Origin: Octopus sinensis
Lineage: Eukaryota
Assembly (NCBI RefSeq): GCF_006345805.1
Contig: NC_043008.1
Coordinates: forward strand, 51,770,001-51,834,000
Direction of reading: 5' to 3'
Length of the DNA stretch: 64,000 nucleotides
In this document: positions 1 through 13,943 of the stretch, one piece after another
Layout: every line of letters starts with the position of its first letter
Numbering within the stretch: position 1 is the first letter of the stretch
The notes under the pieces: generated by a model
The model's input: only the letters and a program-made list of their open reading frames with translations
The model's database searches: none
What the model was told of the DNA's origin: nothing
Translations under genes and position numbers: made by a program

Positions 1-149
1 CCTGGTTTTCAAAAATGGAGACACACAGCATGTTATATACATCTGCCAAATTATTGTATCTCAACAGCATGAAACTATTAGTAGCTCTTTTTCAAAATGT
101 GTAATTAAAATGACATTTATCTCTCATTAGATAGAACATTTTCTTTGCT

Positions 150-2330
150 GAATCTACCTAGAATGGAACAGTAACTTGTGGTGAGCGAGAACTCAGGGTG
201 GACTTCAGTGTCTACCTTCACAGCTTGCCACGACTCTTGGCAAGAGAGGCAGAGTGCTGTGAAGGTGCCATCATGGTGGTGGAAGTGAGGGATGCGATGG
301 CAGGATACTTGAGGGACAAATCGCTGGGTTTGGATGGTCTGCCCTACAAGTTTTACAAATGTATGCCAGACTTGTTTGGAAATGTCTTGGCAGCAGTGTA
401 CAGCAACTGGCAGTAGAATGGGAGCATCCCCAGTTTTGTGAGCTGAGGAGCCGTAATGCTGCTGAAGAAAGATCCAAACAAGGGGGACGTAATAGATAAC
501 TTTCAGCCCATCACTCTGCTCAATGCAGACTTGAAAATTTTGGCCAAGAGGTTGGTGCATGTAATCGAGAAACTGGTCAACAAGGTGCAAAAGTGTGCCA
601 TGCCAGGCTGGAGCATCCATGAAAACCTCCATCTGATGTGCTACATCGTAGACAGGGTATTTAAGGAATCTTTATGGGTGGGGCCCTGATCAATTTAGAT
701 CAATCCAAAGCTTTCGATAGGGTAGACCATCAATACTTGAAGGCTGTCCTCAGCAGCCGGTTTTGGTCCTGTATTCTGCAGCCAGATGGCTGCTTTGTAC
801 AGAGGCATCCATTTAGTAATTCGCATGAATGGGCATCTATTGAGACCTTTCGACATTGCACGTTTGGTCCGTCAGGGATGCCCCCTCTCACCACTTCTGT
901 ATGTATTGACTCTCAAGCCACTACTGTGCAAGCTGCTGACACTGAGGGGTATACCGTGAGAACTGGGGTGCAGGATGAGTGTGTCCACATATGCGGACGA
1001 CGTCACTGTCATAGTGTCTAGCCACGAGCAGATCAAGCTGGTTGGTGAGACACTGAAAGACTACAAAGAGATGACAGGAGTGAAAATCAACCTGGAAAAG
1101 TTGGTGGGCTTGTGGCTCGGCACCTGGAGAAGCAAGCCCATGCTGTCCAGCAGCACCACAGTAGTGGGATGCTGGATGGACGGGCCAGTCAAGTTGCTTG
1201 GGGTCTGGTTCGGTCCGGACCTGCAAATGGAGAAGAACTGGGATGAGATAATGAGTATGGTGGCCACTCTCTCCCCACAATGGGCCAAGAGGAAGCTGTC
1301 CCTAAAAGGTCATCTACTACTGCCTCCCCGTCGTGCCTTGTCCCGACCCTACCATCACCAAACTGGAACACATCCTCTTCTGCTTCTTGTGGAAAGGAAG
1401 CGTTCAATGGTCAGGTGATCCGTTTGTTGTCAAAACCATCTGAAAGGAGGGCTGGGCATGCCATAGTTGATGATACGCAGACACGTGCTGAGAGTGCAAC
1501 ATCTCCGGCTCTACGTAGACGATGGTGAACAGGTGTGATGCGCTTTCCCACATCTCATGTCATGGATCAAGAAGAGCTCAAGGAAGGGCAAATGGCACCA
1601 CGAGTGTCGCGTTGCTCTTGAGCAACTAAGCCATCCCGGGTTGACCTTGAGCGACTGCATCACAACCAAAGCATTCTATAGGGGATTAGTAGAGGGGAGC
1701 ACCTATTCAAGACGACTTTTGGGCCGGGATCTATGGGCAACTTCCAGAGATCTCTGGCCTGGCATTGCTACCGAGAAGCGCTACCCATTCAGGATAAGCT
1801 CTATAGATACGGCTCGAGAAACACGGACACATCTGAATGGATTAGAGACAAACACTTTCCTCTCTGGTCAATCTCTCATCAACTTTTTCAAGTATCACTT
1901 GAAAAGGAAGGTGAGAGTAGAGAGGCAAGTTTTGTCTAGCGAATGTTTCAAAACAGATGGCTGAATGTAGCAAGGATGGCATGTATGAATGACAAAGCCA
2001 CCTTGAGCATGATCCTATCAACTGGAAAAAATTTAAAACAGAGAGTTACTTGTAAATAAATATGTTAATACGTGACATTATTTCCCAAGGTTACCGTGGT
2101 CTTTACATAGGTTTTTCTTTCCACGGATAAACCTCCCAATTTCTTAGGAAATTTTTGTACTATTTTGATTATAATTTTGTGTATATCCCAAACGATTTCG
2201 ATCCCTTTCAATCATTGTCCCTATTTTTGTTTCTTTTTTTACTTTGTTTTCACCCACTTCGAAAAGAAAAACTCGACATTGTATTTGTCCCCTCTGTGTT
2301 AAGCCCTGTGTGGCCAATAAAGAAAGTTAA
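150..2330 (+). mobile_element. Degenerate 5'-truncated Tx1/L1-clade LINE (RT pseudogene + 3' UTR)
   Basis: Fragments GLDGLPYKFY, FQPITLLNADLKILAK, LDQSKAFDRVDH, VRQGCPLSP, YADDVTV, VKLLGVWF across frameshifts; ends with AATAAAGAAAG. Confidence 0.85.
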
Positions 2331-2342
2331 TTATCTATCTAT

Positions 2343-3345
2343 CTCATCATCATCATCATCGTTTAACGTCCACTTTACATGCTAGCATGGGTTGGACGAT
2401 TGACTGAGGGCTGGCAAACCAGATGGCTGCACTAGTGCCAGTTTTTGATCTTGATCTGGCAGAGTTTCTACAGCTGGATGCCCTTCTTAACGCCAACCAC
2501 TCCGAGAGTGTAGTAGGTGCTTTTACATGCCACCGGCACGGGGCCAGTCATGCGGTACTGGCAACGACCTTGCTCGAATCTTTTTACACATGCCACCGGC
2601 ACGGGTGCCAGTAAGGCGATGCTGGTAATGATCACACTTCATTGATGTCTTTTACGTACCTCCGGCACGGAGGCAAGATAGCCGCTTTGGCAATGATCAT
2701 GCTCGGATGGTGCTCTTAATACCCTACTAGTACGGGGCTCAAGTGCCAGTAAGGTGACGTTGGTAATGATCATGCTCGAATGGTGCCTTTTAAGTGCCAC
2801 TGGCATGGAAGCTGGTTAGCCACTCTGTCAATGATCACACTCGTATGGTGCTCTTTGCACCCTGCTAGCACGGACGCCAGTCATCGAATTTGATTTTGAT
2901 TTTGATTTCACTTGCCTCAACAGGTCTTCGCAAGCAGTGTTTTAGTGTCCAAAGAAGGAAAAGGTATGCATAAGTGGGCTGGTTACGCTCCTGGCATAGG
3001 CCACGAGATTATGGTCTCATTTGGCTTACCGGGTCTTCTCACGCACGGCATATTTCCAAAAGTCTCGGTCAGTAGTCATTTCCTTGGTGAGGCCTAAAGT
3101 TCGAAGGTCATGCTTCACCACTTCATCCCAGGTCTTCCTGGGTCTACCTCTTCCACTAGGGTGTGGCACTTTTTTACACAGCTGACCTCATCCATTCTCG
3201 TCACATGACCATACCAACGCAGTCATCTCTCTTGCACACCACATCTGATGCTTCTTAGTTTCAACATTTCTCTCAAGGTACTTACACTCTGTTGAGTATG
3301 CACACTGACATTACACATCCATCGGATCATACTGGCTTCATTCCT
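2343..3345 (-). mobile_element. RTE-clade LINE 3' fragment
   Basis: (GAT)n tail on minus strand, GGAAGGGCATCCAGCTGTAGAAAC 3' motif, 3' UTR repeats, RGRPRKTWDEVVKHD C-terminus. Confidence 0.85.
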
Positions 3346-4780
3346 ATCTTTATATATATATCAGTTTGTTAGCTATATATTTGTTCTTCTATGATTGCAT
3401 GAGTTAGATGAATACCTATTACGAAGGCATTGCTTTACAACTGGGTGTTCTTCTTGTCAATCCTTACTTGTGTTTTAGATGAGAGAAATTTCATTCCACT
3501 TGTCTTAGAAAGTGCAGAGATACTGGACAACTTTCTGGCAAAGAATAGTCAACAAACCTCACCATATCTAGCTCACCTCTGTGCAGAATGTAATCAGTTA
3601 CATGGACACACACATGATAGGGAGACTCTCATGTTCTTCATAAGACTAAGAGGTCATCTTCACCCTATGCTATCTTCAGTTAATTGCTAATCCAATTAAA
3701 AAGTACGCTAGTTGCATTTTGTCATATTACCAAAATTAATGAGATTTCCTAGTTTATGCTGTGTGTCTGTTCACTTAATGCAATGTGAGAAAGCGGGTGA
3801 ATGATAGAGCGGTGGTGGGAGAAACTAGGATGTGTTTGCGTAAAGGAGAAGTGTATGGTGGCAGTAACAGAAAGACTAAGGTGAAAGGTGGATGAAGAGA
3901 AGGTGAAGAGGAGAAGGAAGAGTGATGGGTGGGTGAAGAGAAGAGTGAGAAGACTGAAGAGAAGAGTGAAGGAAGAGTGACTGTATAGAAAGGAAGGATG
4001 GGATGGTTGTAGGTGGGATTGAGACTAGATGGTTCCAGTGTCATCTTTCATAAGACAGGCTGAATGGCACAGAGTAAGGAGAGAGGGTGAGTATCTGAAA
4101 GACAAGAGGCTAGACAAAGCCAACAGCATCCCTACATTAGCTGCTTGGTACAAAGAAAAGGAAGGATTCACTACTATCCTTAGTTACACATACACCAGAG
4201 CAGAGTGACTAAAAGAAATGAATGGTGAACTGAGTGTGAGTAATAGAGAGATGAATGGGACAGAGCTGATAAAGAGGTGAGATGGTATATAAAAAGGCAG
4301 GGTAGATAGCCTATGTAGACACAAAAGGGGATATAATAGGGAAACGACCCAAATGTAGACATATTATATCTACCAGACTCCATCACTACCTCTGTTTCTA
4401 CATTCAGTTCTATATGAATTTATGATTTAGAATAGAGTAATATTTTCAAGTTGAATATACTCAGATGACAAGACCAGGCTCCTTCCCTGCTGCCATTATT
4501 TGTGAATTTATATAATTCTTCTATGTTGTTTTAATTTCTTAATGAGTAAATCTGAACAGCTCAGCTCCTGTAAACACGGTCTTGCTTGACTATAAAGCTA
4601 TCAATATTTGGGGAAAAAAAAGACTTTATGTGAAGTAGAGATAGAATTGCTGAATGGATGGATAAATTAGATATTTCTCATCTTTGTAATTACAAGATCA
4701 AGAACAAATTGACTCATCTCCAAACTCATGTAATTCCTGGACACATAATTTTATATTTTTCTATTTTCCTTTTACTTTAG

Positions 4781-4877
4781 GTCACACTGAAGAACATGGA
4801 AACTTCCAAAATATATTCCTGTCTATATCTTAATTATACTTCTCAAATTCCTTTCCACGAGTGTTCATTGATAAATG
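4781..4877 (+). CDS. Exon a (first visible exon) of a multi-exon single-pass membrane protein; C-terminal half of a PLAT-like repeat
   Basis: Acceptor tttactttag, donor G|gtaag; 97 nt, phase 0->1; VTLKNMETSKIYSCLYLNYTSQIPFHECSLIN; similar to exon 13850-13943 (two Cys, nearly the same spacing). Confidence 0.75.
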
Positions 4878-5094
4878 GTAAGTTGATGAAAGATATTTCT
4901 TATTTCACTTTATTAGAAATTATGAAATAGGTCTGCCTTTCTGCCTGTGTGACTTTTACTTGATGTTATTGTTAAAAAGGTGAGTGAGCAAAATGAACTA
5001 TAAATGACTGTATTGATGTTACCACAAAGAATTAAATCCTCCCATTAATGCCAGTTTCCAAAGCCACATTCATGATAATATTTCCTTAGTAGAA

Positions 5095-5305
5095 GGAAGC
5101 AAGCTGGCAGAATCATTAGCACATTGGGCAAAATGCTTAATGGCATTTCGTCTACCTTCTGAGTTCAAATTCTGCCATGGTTGACTTTGCCTTTCATCAT
5201 TATGGAGTCAATAAAATAAGTACCAGTTGCAGACTGGGGTCAATGTAATTGACTTATTCCTCCTCAGAATGTGCTGGCCTTATGCTAAAATTTGAAGCCA
5301 ATATT
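5095..5305 (+). mobile_element. tRNA-derived SINE (GGCGGCGAGCTGGCAGAA-head family)
   Basis: AGCTGGCAGAA head, GAGTTCAAATTC B-box, GCCTTTCATC...AATAAGTACCAG core; flanked by aatatttcctt(a/g)gtag direct repeat. Confidence 0.75.
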
Positions 5306-5324
5306 TCCTTGGTAGTGTTTGGAA

Positions 5325-5485
5325 TTTTGCTTCTTAAATACATGATTTCATGTTCAATCTCACAGTCTGGTACATTGGACAAGTGTCTTCTACTATAACC
5401 TCAGACACACCAAAGACTTGTGAGTGGATATGGTCAACAGAAACTGAAAGAAGCCCATTGTATATATGTATATACATACATATAC

Positions 5486-5522
<37 letters not shown>

Positions 5523-5810
5523 CAACCCATGCCAGCATGAGAAACATGTTAAATGGTGATGATGAGGATGAAGATGATACATATGTATGTGTGTGTGTGT
5601 GTGTGTGTGTGTGCATTCCCCAGCAACAGTTGATGTTGGCGTGTTTACATCTCCATGGCTTAGTGGTTTGGCAAAAGAGACCTATCAAATAAGTACCAGG
5701 CTTATAAAAAATAAATAAAGTATTAGAGATAATTTATTCAACTAAACTTTTACAAGGTGGTACCCCAGTATGGCCATAGTCTAGTGTCTGAAACAAGTAA
5801 AAGATAAAAA
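5325..5810 (+). mobile_element. tRNA-derived SINE (GTGGCTGTGTGGTAAG-head family) with internal TA/TG microsatellite
   Basis: CAAGTGTCTTCTACTAT, TTGTGAGTGGAT..ACAGAAACTGAAAGAAGCCC, tail GGTACCCCAGTATGGCC...CTGAAACAAGTAAAAG. Confidence 0.7.
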
Positions 5811-6959
5811 AAATAGTGAGACATATACTTACATCAGATTTGAAATGAAGAACACCACTTGTATGACAGTGGTGGTCATTTACAGTTATTGCTCAGACAA
5901 GGAAACACAAGCACCCTTTCCACACACACACACACATGTATACACATATATATATGTCAGTTTTCTTTCACTTTCTGTCTACCAATTCTACTCTCAAGTC
6001 TTTGCTTGGTCAGAGGCTATCATAGAAGGCATTTGCCCAAGGACCCACCCAAATAACCTTCCTCAAATCTGAACCTGGAATATTTAAGTTTAAAAGTCAA
6101 AACCACTGATGAATAACAGTATTTTTGGTAATAATAACCAGAGCTATTTTGATTAGATTCCTGAACTCTATTATAATACCCCTCTAACATTTTTTCCAGT
6201 TAATTATCTTTGACATTAGTTTATGAGAGGCAGAGAGAGCGAAAAACAAAGAAGAAACTTTATTTTAGCACCTAAAGGCATCATGGAATATTCTAAAATG
6301 TTTTGGTGGACTTACAAAAATCCTAGAATTCAGCTCTCTGTAGAGACCCTTCTTGTTGCTACTGAAAGCCTTTTGTCTTTGGATCCTCAATGAAAACTAT
6401 TTTATTGAAGATAATTTTCCTTCCTCAACTTCCTCTCCAAGAAATTATTCTTATTGTAACTGACAACTATGTTTTAATTTATATGAGATATTCTTGCTTC
6501 CATTTTTTGACATATTCATTAGATGTCTTGCAAACAACTTGTACATGCAAGTGCTACCAGTCAAAAACCCCACATACCGGAAGCCAGCATGTTTACATAA
6601 GGTTTACATAACGGTCAGTCTTTTGAGCCTGAGCAGCGACCATATTATGAGGAACCGTTAACTCGACTAGATTTACAACTTACCTTCTTTCACACTCAGT
6701 AGCAGAAAGGATTGACAAAAGCATAAATGACAAACTCTTCTTGCTCCCTTTCATTTATAGTCGTTGTTTGGATGAAGCAGAGAACACTTAGCTATAAAGA
6801 TCATGTTTTAACCATTTGCTCTGATTGGTTACTTTTTAGGTGCAATTTGTCCCTTAGACAATAATGCCAAATTAACCGGTCAGCCAATCAAATACTCTCA
6901 AATGGATGGAAAATCCTTACATATCACTGTGGAGCCTAGCAACTTGAAATGAAATAATA

Positions 6960-9350
6960 ATGAAATTTTTGTATACAGTGCTTGGGTGCACCACAACTTG
7001 TCAAAAGTGCATATAAAACATATGCAGTTATGTACAAATGTCTGGGAAATGAACAGTGTATGAGTCAGATACAGGCTTGCATGTGTATGGAGGGGAGAAA
7101 ATCAGGTGTAGTGCTGGCGAATCTCAGGAAGCATGGAAGTTTTGATGGATGCAGTGCTCCGACAACTAACAACTGATGCTGGCAGTTTGTTCCTTGCTTC
7201 AGCAACTCTTAGCGTGAAAAAGTGGGAGTTGTGCTGTTTTCTGACTTTGTAAACATGTCCATGGGTGTTAGACAGGTGGAGTTTGAAAAGGTGCTCAGAG
7301 TTATTGTTAGTAAGAGGGTTATTAATTTTATGGGTGTCTGCCAAGTCAACTGCCAGACGTCGGAGATTCAACATATCCATGCCCAGGGAAGTAAGGCATT
7401 CAGAATATGGCAAATGCCTGATGGAGGTTATTCTCTTTGTTGCACGTCGCTGAATGGTTTCCAGATGATTAATATCCTGGGCAAGATAGGGGTTCCAGAC
7501 CGGTGATGCAAATTCCAGGTGAGGCCGCACCATAGCTATATAAAGCCTCAGATAAATAGCTGGAGATCAACTCACAAAGGACTTAGTAAGTGATGCCAAG
7601 ACACCCTCAGCCTTCTTGGCAATTTTAGCAATGTGTTTTGTCCAACGCAAATCGCTGTCGACAATAATGCCCAGGTCATGTTCACAAGAAGACTTTTTGA
7701 GATTAGTGTTGTAGAGGGAGTAAGTAGATGCTGGGTGGTTTTTCCTCCCAAAATGCATGGTGGTACATTTGTCCACAGCCAGCTTGAGTTGCCAGTCCAT
7801 GATCAACTTTCGCATTGTGTTCAATTCTGATTGCAATAAAGATCTATAGTGTACAGGATCTGTCCTCTTTATTTCAAGGTACAGCTTGATATCATCTGCT
7901 TATTTCAGCAGTGTGGAATTCTTTAAGTTGGCATCTATGTCATTAACATATGCAACAAATAAAAGGGGGCCAAGAACAGATCTCTGTGGTACACCAGATG
8001 TCACCTCATAGTGTGAAGAGTGCTCTCCTAGAACTGTGACGACCTCTTTTCAGCCGATAATGGACTTCAACCAGTTATAGATATAATCTCTTACACCCAT
8101 TTCAGAGAGTTTCACCATAAGTCTTTTGTGTGGCACAGAATTAAAAGCCTTAGCAAAGTCCAGGCAAACAACATCCACCCAGGATCCACGATCAGTGTTA
8201 TGGGTAATGTCCTCAAGAAACTCGATGAGTTGATTACAGCAGCTGGAGTTAGGAATAAATCCAAATTGTGACGGCTGGATGAGGCTATGAGACTTCCAGA
8301 AGTTCCAGAGGGTTTCCCTGATACAGGATTCCATCAGTTTGGCGATGCAGCTAGTAAGACTGACAGGGCAATAGTTGACAGGTGATGTTCGGTCACCTTT
8401 TTTGAACAGAGGGATAACACTGGACGTTTTCCACTGCTCTGGAGTAACACCATTGCCAAGACAGAATTGAAAGAATAGTGAAAGTTGGTTTAGAATAAAG
8501 TACCCACTGTGTTTGAGAAGTAGTTATGTAACACCATCAAGACCAAGAGAGGCATAGTTACATTTATTCTGAAGGTGGTGTTGTAGGTTACAGAGTCCAG
8601 TGTCAGAGGTGATGGAGATGGAACATTTTGATCTTCGACAGTAAAGATGCCTGCATAGCATCCAGCAATGATTTCTGCACATTCTTTGGGATTGTCAGTA
8701 ATCTGGCCTGTGTGGGGATTGTGAAGGGGGCTAGCTGGAGAGTGAGGTCTCTGTTTTGAATGTACATACTTCCAGAACACTTTGCTGTCAGGCTTGGTTG
8801 CTATGCGCTGTTCAAATTCAAGCACTACCTTTTTTTGTCACCTACTTGAGATGGTTGGATGATCTATTGTGCTTTTTCCTGTTGATCTCTGATTTATGCA
8901 TCTTGTATTCCTGTTCAGCATTACAGCATTCTTTCCTGGCACGTCGGACTGCTGCAGTCTCCCAAATTGCACTATTGGGTGGTTTTTTGTGCTTGCGTGG
9001 TACTGATGCTGCTCATGCCATCTATACTGAATTCAGAATGTTCTGAAGTATAGTGTTCACATCTCCAGAGGAATAAAATTCAAGCCAGTTTGGGAATTGC
9101 AGCTCGATACTATAAGAGCTCCAGTCTGCTTTATTCCAGTCAAAGCGAGCAGTTTGAAGATGGTTGTGGTTTTTGTTACAACCAATCAGAGACAAGTTGG
9201 CCATGATCATGGAATGATCAGAGTCACCTAAAGGTTCTTCAGTAGTGACACTAATAAATGTTTCAGGAGAAGCAGTAAATAGCAGATCCAAAGTGTTGTT
9301 ACCCCTTGTGGGGGAGGTAACGACTTGGGACCAATTTGAATTCAGCACCA
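6960..9350 (-). mobile_element. Degenerate CR1-group LINE (APE C-terminus + RT + 3' end)
   Basis: PTRGNNTLDLLF, LDFAKAFNSVPH, GVPQ.SVLGPLLF, VRPHLEFASPVWNPY, FFTLRVAEARNKLPASVV. Confidence 0.85.
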
Positions 9351-10045
9351 GTTCAAGTTAAATAGAAGAATTTCTCTCCGTTTAGGGAGTCTAGCTTGCG
9401 TTTGCACCAGGAAACTATTTGCTCACTTTCTGCACATTCCAACACAATGAAATTCATCACCGCTGATATCACTGCTACCAGCTCTTGCTGTATCTAATGC
9501 TGACATCGACAACATCATAATTCATCCTCACATATGTAAACTCACAAAGTGAATATAACTTCTAGTGTTCCCACAGAAACCTTCATTTACCTTATATGAT
9601 GTTTAATGTTGTTTTACATTCATGTTGAATTATGCATCAATCTTATGTTCTCTTCAGAGAACACTTGTAATGTATGTATTACCAGTTCTTTTGGTGTAAT
9701 AGATTTTTGCTATTCTTGTTTATGTCTCCTCACTTACATGTATATTCTAACAAGTCGCTCCTTAAATTTCGCACCTCTCTTGTTCGATAAACACTGAGTT
9801 AAACTTGCAAAGCTGTTTATTTTCTTCTTTCAAATTTTAATGTTTAGTTTAGCAGATTATCAAGCTCTCAGTTTGGTCTCCCTGCTAAAATTCATTATTC
9901 ATTATTCATAATTGTATATTACATATATTATAAATGTTTAATGTTATTAAACATTGTTGATGATAATTCTTTCTTTTATCAATTATTTGACTCACTAAAG
10001 ATAACACAACCATAAATGTTACAACTACCATTTCTTTATTTCTTT

Positions 10046-10270
10046 ATTCTTTTGATACCAACCTGCCTGAAACTATTTAAGTTCTATGATACAAATTCCT
10101 TATTTTAAAGTGATCTGAATGAAACTCTTCTGTCAAAATTTCATATTAATTTATATTCCAAATAAATGCTTAAAAGAAACAAAGTTACTTAATAAATTCT
10201 TCATTATTCTCAAAATTAATTGAAACCAAGACATTGTATTTCAACAGAAACATGGTAAGAAAAAGGTTGA
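10046..10270. mobile_element. MITE-like non-autonomous DNA element; related copies at ~24780-25201 and ~49803-49900
   Basis: Degenerate termini resembling TTAACCCTTT..TTACC / GGTATCAAAA..GTTAA (piggyBac-like TTAA ends); internal sequence shared among three copies. Confidence 0.5.
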
Positions 10271-10430
10271 TGTTAAGAAAATCAGTCATCTTTTGTTGAG
10301 AAATAACTCAAATCTCAAAATATCAAGTAATTCACCCTTTTTCAAAGCACATTTCTTTTTTTTTTTAATGTATTACAACTACTACACCATCTTTTTTATT
10401 GCTTTGTTTATTTTATTCTTTCTTTTCTAG

Positions 10431-10663
10431 ATACTGTGTGGAAAATAGAACTAACTTCTCGCCAAGAACTAATTGGAGATATAAAAGAAGTACAAATGTT
10501 TGTTAGAGTGACTGGCAGAGAAACAAACATTTCACGAAGTCTGATGTTCAAAAAGTTAGCTTATCTCCCAACATTTTCTGCTTTTACCAATATTGGAAAT
10601 ATAAACATTGGTGAGATTGAAATATCCTTTGGAAACAAAAACAAATATTTTGACATATCCAAA
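10431..10663 (+). CDS. Exon b; N-terminal part of a PLAT-like beta-sandwich repeat
   Basis: Long polypyrimidine tract + ctag acceptor, donor AAA|gtgaga; 233 nt, phase 1->0; DTVWKIELTS...MFVRVTG...GEIEISF...FDISK. Confidence 0.8.
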
Positions 10664-11199
10664 GTGAGAACTTTTACCTTCTTGAATTCCATTAATATTT
10701 TAAAAAATTTTAATTGTTTATTTATTATTTATTATTTATTTATTTATTTATTTATTGTAATTGTTGCTATTATTAATGACTCCCTAGGTTTTCTCAGCCT
10801 TGACTGAGAAAACCTAGGGATCAAAGACTTTCCAGACATGGACATCAAGTTGTTTTCTCAGATGCATATACCTAAAGTCTTAATTCAGTCAGTCCTTTTT
10901 TCCTAAGACAATAATGGTGAATCTTAAAGGAGATTTGGTACCTATTTCTAGTAAGTCTAATAATCACATACAGGCTTACCTTATTTCCTGGAGTTATTTT
11001 GCATGTATCAGTGTGTGTGTGCATATATATATAGGAAGGTGTACTATCATCACCACATCAGCAGTGTCTTCACCACCACCATCATCATCATCATCATTCC
11101 CTCTTTGGATGCTGAGATATTTTGGATGGGTTTATCATACTATAAGACAATTATTATTCACAGTTAGTGTTCTCATTACATATGTGTGTGTGTGTGTGT

Positions 11200-11557
11200 G
11201 TCATCCGAACGTGGCTGTAGCCAGCACCGCATCGACTGGCCTCCGTGCTGGTGGCATGTAACAAACACCATCCGATCGTGGCTGTTGCCAGCCTCGCCTG
11301 GCCTCCGTGCCAGTGGCACGTAAGAAGCACCATCCGAGCGTGGCCGTTCGCCAGCCTCGTCTGGCACCTGTGTCGGTGGCACATAAAAAGCACCCACTAC
11401 ACTCACGGAGTGGTTGGCATTAGGAAGGGCATCCAGCTGTAGAAACACTGCCAGATCTGACTGGCCTGGTGCTGCCTTCGGGCTTCCCAGATCCTCAGTC
11501 GAACCGTCCAACACATGCTAGCATGGAAAGCGGACGTTAAACGATGATGATGATGAT
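11200..11557 (+). mobile_element. RTE LINE 3' UTR fragment
   Basis: Tandem GTGGCAC..AAAAGCACC units, conserved 3' block and (GAT)n tail followed by (TA)n. Confidence 0.85.
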
Positions 11558-11716
11558 ATATATATATGTGTGTGTGTATATGTATATGTATTTATATATA
11601 TACATACATATATATATATACATATATATGTACATATATATACATATATGTATATGTATTTATATGCATACATATATATATATATGTATACATACATGTA
11701 TATATATATATACATA

Positions 11717-11759
<43 letters not shown>

Positions 11760-11801
11760 CTATATTATGGCCTATTATGGCCGTTCCTTAATTTTCCTTA
11801 A

Positions 11802-11894
<93 letters not shown>

Positions 11895-11934
11895 GTGTAT
11901 ATATATATATATATATATATATACATACATATAT
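11558..11934. repeat. (TA)n/(TATG)n microsatellite
   Basis: Direct inspection. Confidence 0.95.
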
Positions 11935-13205
11935 CATCATTATCATCGTCAACGTTTAACATACGCTTCCCATGCTGGCATGGCTTGGATGCTTTGACTA
12001 CAGACTGGCGAGCCAGATGGCTGCACCAGGCTCCAATCTGATCTGGCAAAGTTTCTACAGCTAGATGCCCTTCCTAATGACAAGCACTCTGAGGGTGTAG
12101 TGGGTGTTTTTATGTGCTGCTGGCACAAGATCCAGTTTGGTAGTACTGGCAATGACCACGCTCAAAGGTGTTTCTTACGTGCCACCTGCACAGGAGCCAG
12201 TCTGACGGCACTGACAACAACCACACTTGAATGTTGTTTTTCACATGCCACTGGCACATGTACCAGTAAGGCGATGCTGGCAACGATCATGCTTAAATGG
12301 TGCTTTTTACATGCCACCAGCACAGGAGCCAGTCAGCAGCCCTGGCAACGATCACACGCGGATGGTGCTTTTAATGTTCCACTGGCACAAGTGCCAATCA
12401 GGCGGTACTGCCATCGGCCATGTCAGTGATTTTGATTTCACTTTCCTCAACAGGTTTTTGCAAGCAAAGTTTATTGTCCAATGAATGAAGGTTACTCATA
12501 AGTAGGCTGGGTATACACCACTGCCATAGCCCATGAGAAATGGCTTCACTTGGCTTGCTGGATCTTCTCAAGCACAGCATATCTCCAAAGGTCTCAGTCA
12601 CTAGTCATTGCCTTTGTGAGGCCCAATGTTTGAAGGACATGCTTCACCATCTCATGTCAGGTCTTCCTGGGTCTACCTCTTCCACAGGTTCCCTCAACAG
12701 CTGTCCTCATCCATTTGCAACACATGACTATACCAGCACAGTTGTCTCTCTTGCACACCACATCTGATGCTTCTTAAGTCCAACTTTTCTCTCAGGGCAC
12801 TTGCACTCTGTCATGTATGCACTCTGACATTGCACAGCCAGTGGAGCATACTGGCTTCATTCCTTGCAAGCTTACGCATGTCCTCAGCATTCATGGCCCA
12901 TGTTTCACTGCCATGTATCATGGCTATTCATACACATGCGTCATACAGTCTACCTTTTACTCTGAGCGAGAGGCCCTTTGTCACCAGCAGAGGTAGGATC
13001 TATCTGAACTTTGCCCAAGCTATCCTTACTCTAGCACCTACTCTTTCACAGCATCCACCTCCCACTACTGACTTGGTCACCTAGGTAATGGAAGCTATCA
13101 ACTACTTCTAGTTTTTCTCCTTGGAATGTTGCCGAAGTTGTTCTCTGCACATTTTCAGTGTTTATTGCTCCTGAGCATCTACCACATACAAAAACTGTCT
13201 TCCCA
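11935..13205 (-). mobile_element. RTE-clade LINE 3' fragment
   Basis: (GAT)n tail, 3' UTR repeats, RLYDACV..AMIHGSETWA, GEKLEVVDSF. Confidence 0.85.
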
Positions 13206-13575
13206 GTTAGTCCCAGTTAGTATTTGGTCTTGATAGCCATTCATAACTTCCTCAACAAGTTGGCATAGTACTCTCCATTGATGGTGTGGCCCTTTTGAAG
13301 ACAGTCTCTGACTCAAAGCAGTAAAGCCAAGATTTCACGGCTCTAGCATCACTACTGCATAGACAGCCTATGGATTTCAACCCACCTTCATAGCAGAAGA
13401 CACTTGTCCAAGGTGCCATGTTGTGGGACTGAACCCAAAATCATGCAGTTGGCAAACTTCTTACCATACTGCCACATCTGTGCTCAGACAACCCATTCTA
13501 CAAGTCCTAAATGATGGGACAAGTTATGTGTGCCTTGGATGAATGGTATAAATGCATAATTTAGTGTCTTACAAA

Positions 13576-13664
<89 letters not shown>

Positions 13665-13849
13665 ATAAATGTCATAGTTTTTGAATTTATATTCCAAGCA
13701 TAAATTGGCTGTTGAAATGGATGAAATATTGATCATAACACCTGATTCATAAAGGCAAAAACTGACAGTCTATCAATGTAAACATTTTCTGTTAATTTAA
13801 ATATATAATAAAACTAATCTGCTTAAAATTTTCTTTTATAATTTTTCAG

Positions 13850-13943
13850 ATTGTCATGACAAGAATACTTACTGGTGAAGAATATGGTTGTGCTAACATA
13901 GACAAGACAAATTCTCCTGAATATTCTTGTAAACTCCTGAACA
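13850..13943 (+). CDS. Exon c; C-terminal half of a PLAT-like repeat
   Basis: tttttcag acceptor, A|gtaag donor; 94 nt, phase 0->1; IVMTRILTGEEYGCANIDKTNSPEYSCKLLN. Confidence 0.8.

Noticed and set aside
2-130. Frame LVFKNGDTQHVIYICQ...SKCVIK resembles the two-Cys short exons of the host gene
   Set aside because: Acceptor not visible, no GT donor at the expected phase-1 position, and no partner ~230-nt exon found before 4781
3775-4390. Purine-rich tract with minus-strand ORFs (similar one at 25780-26150)
   Set aside because: Low complexity; at most a decayed retroelement 3' end (TLEPSSLN), too weak to call
6100-6170. Isolated CTGATGA motifs (also ~23071, ~31154, ~58455)
   Set aside because: No properly placed GAAAC...GUH with closing stems; 23071 may be a decayed pLTR ribozyme but cannot be supported
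11518-12049. Many YI/IY-rich ORFs here and at other (TA)n tracts
   Set aside because: Translations of microsatellites, not genes
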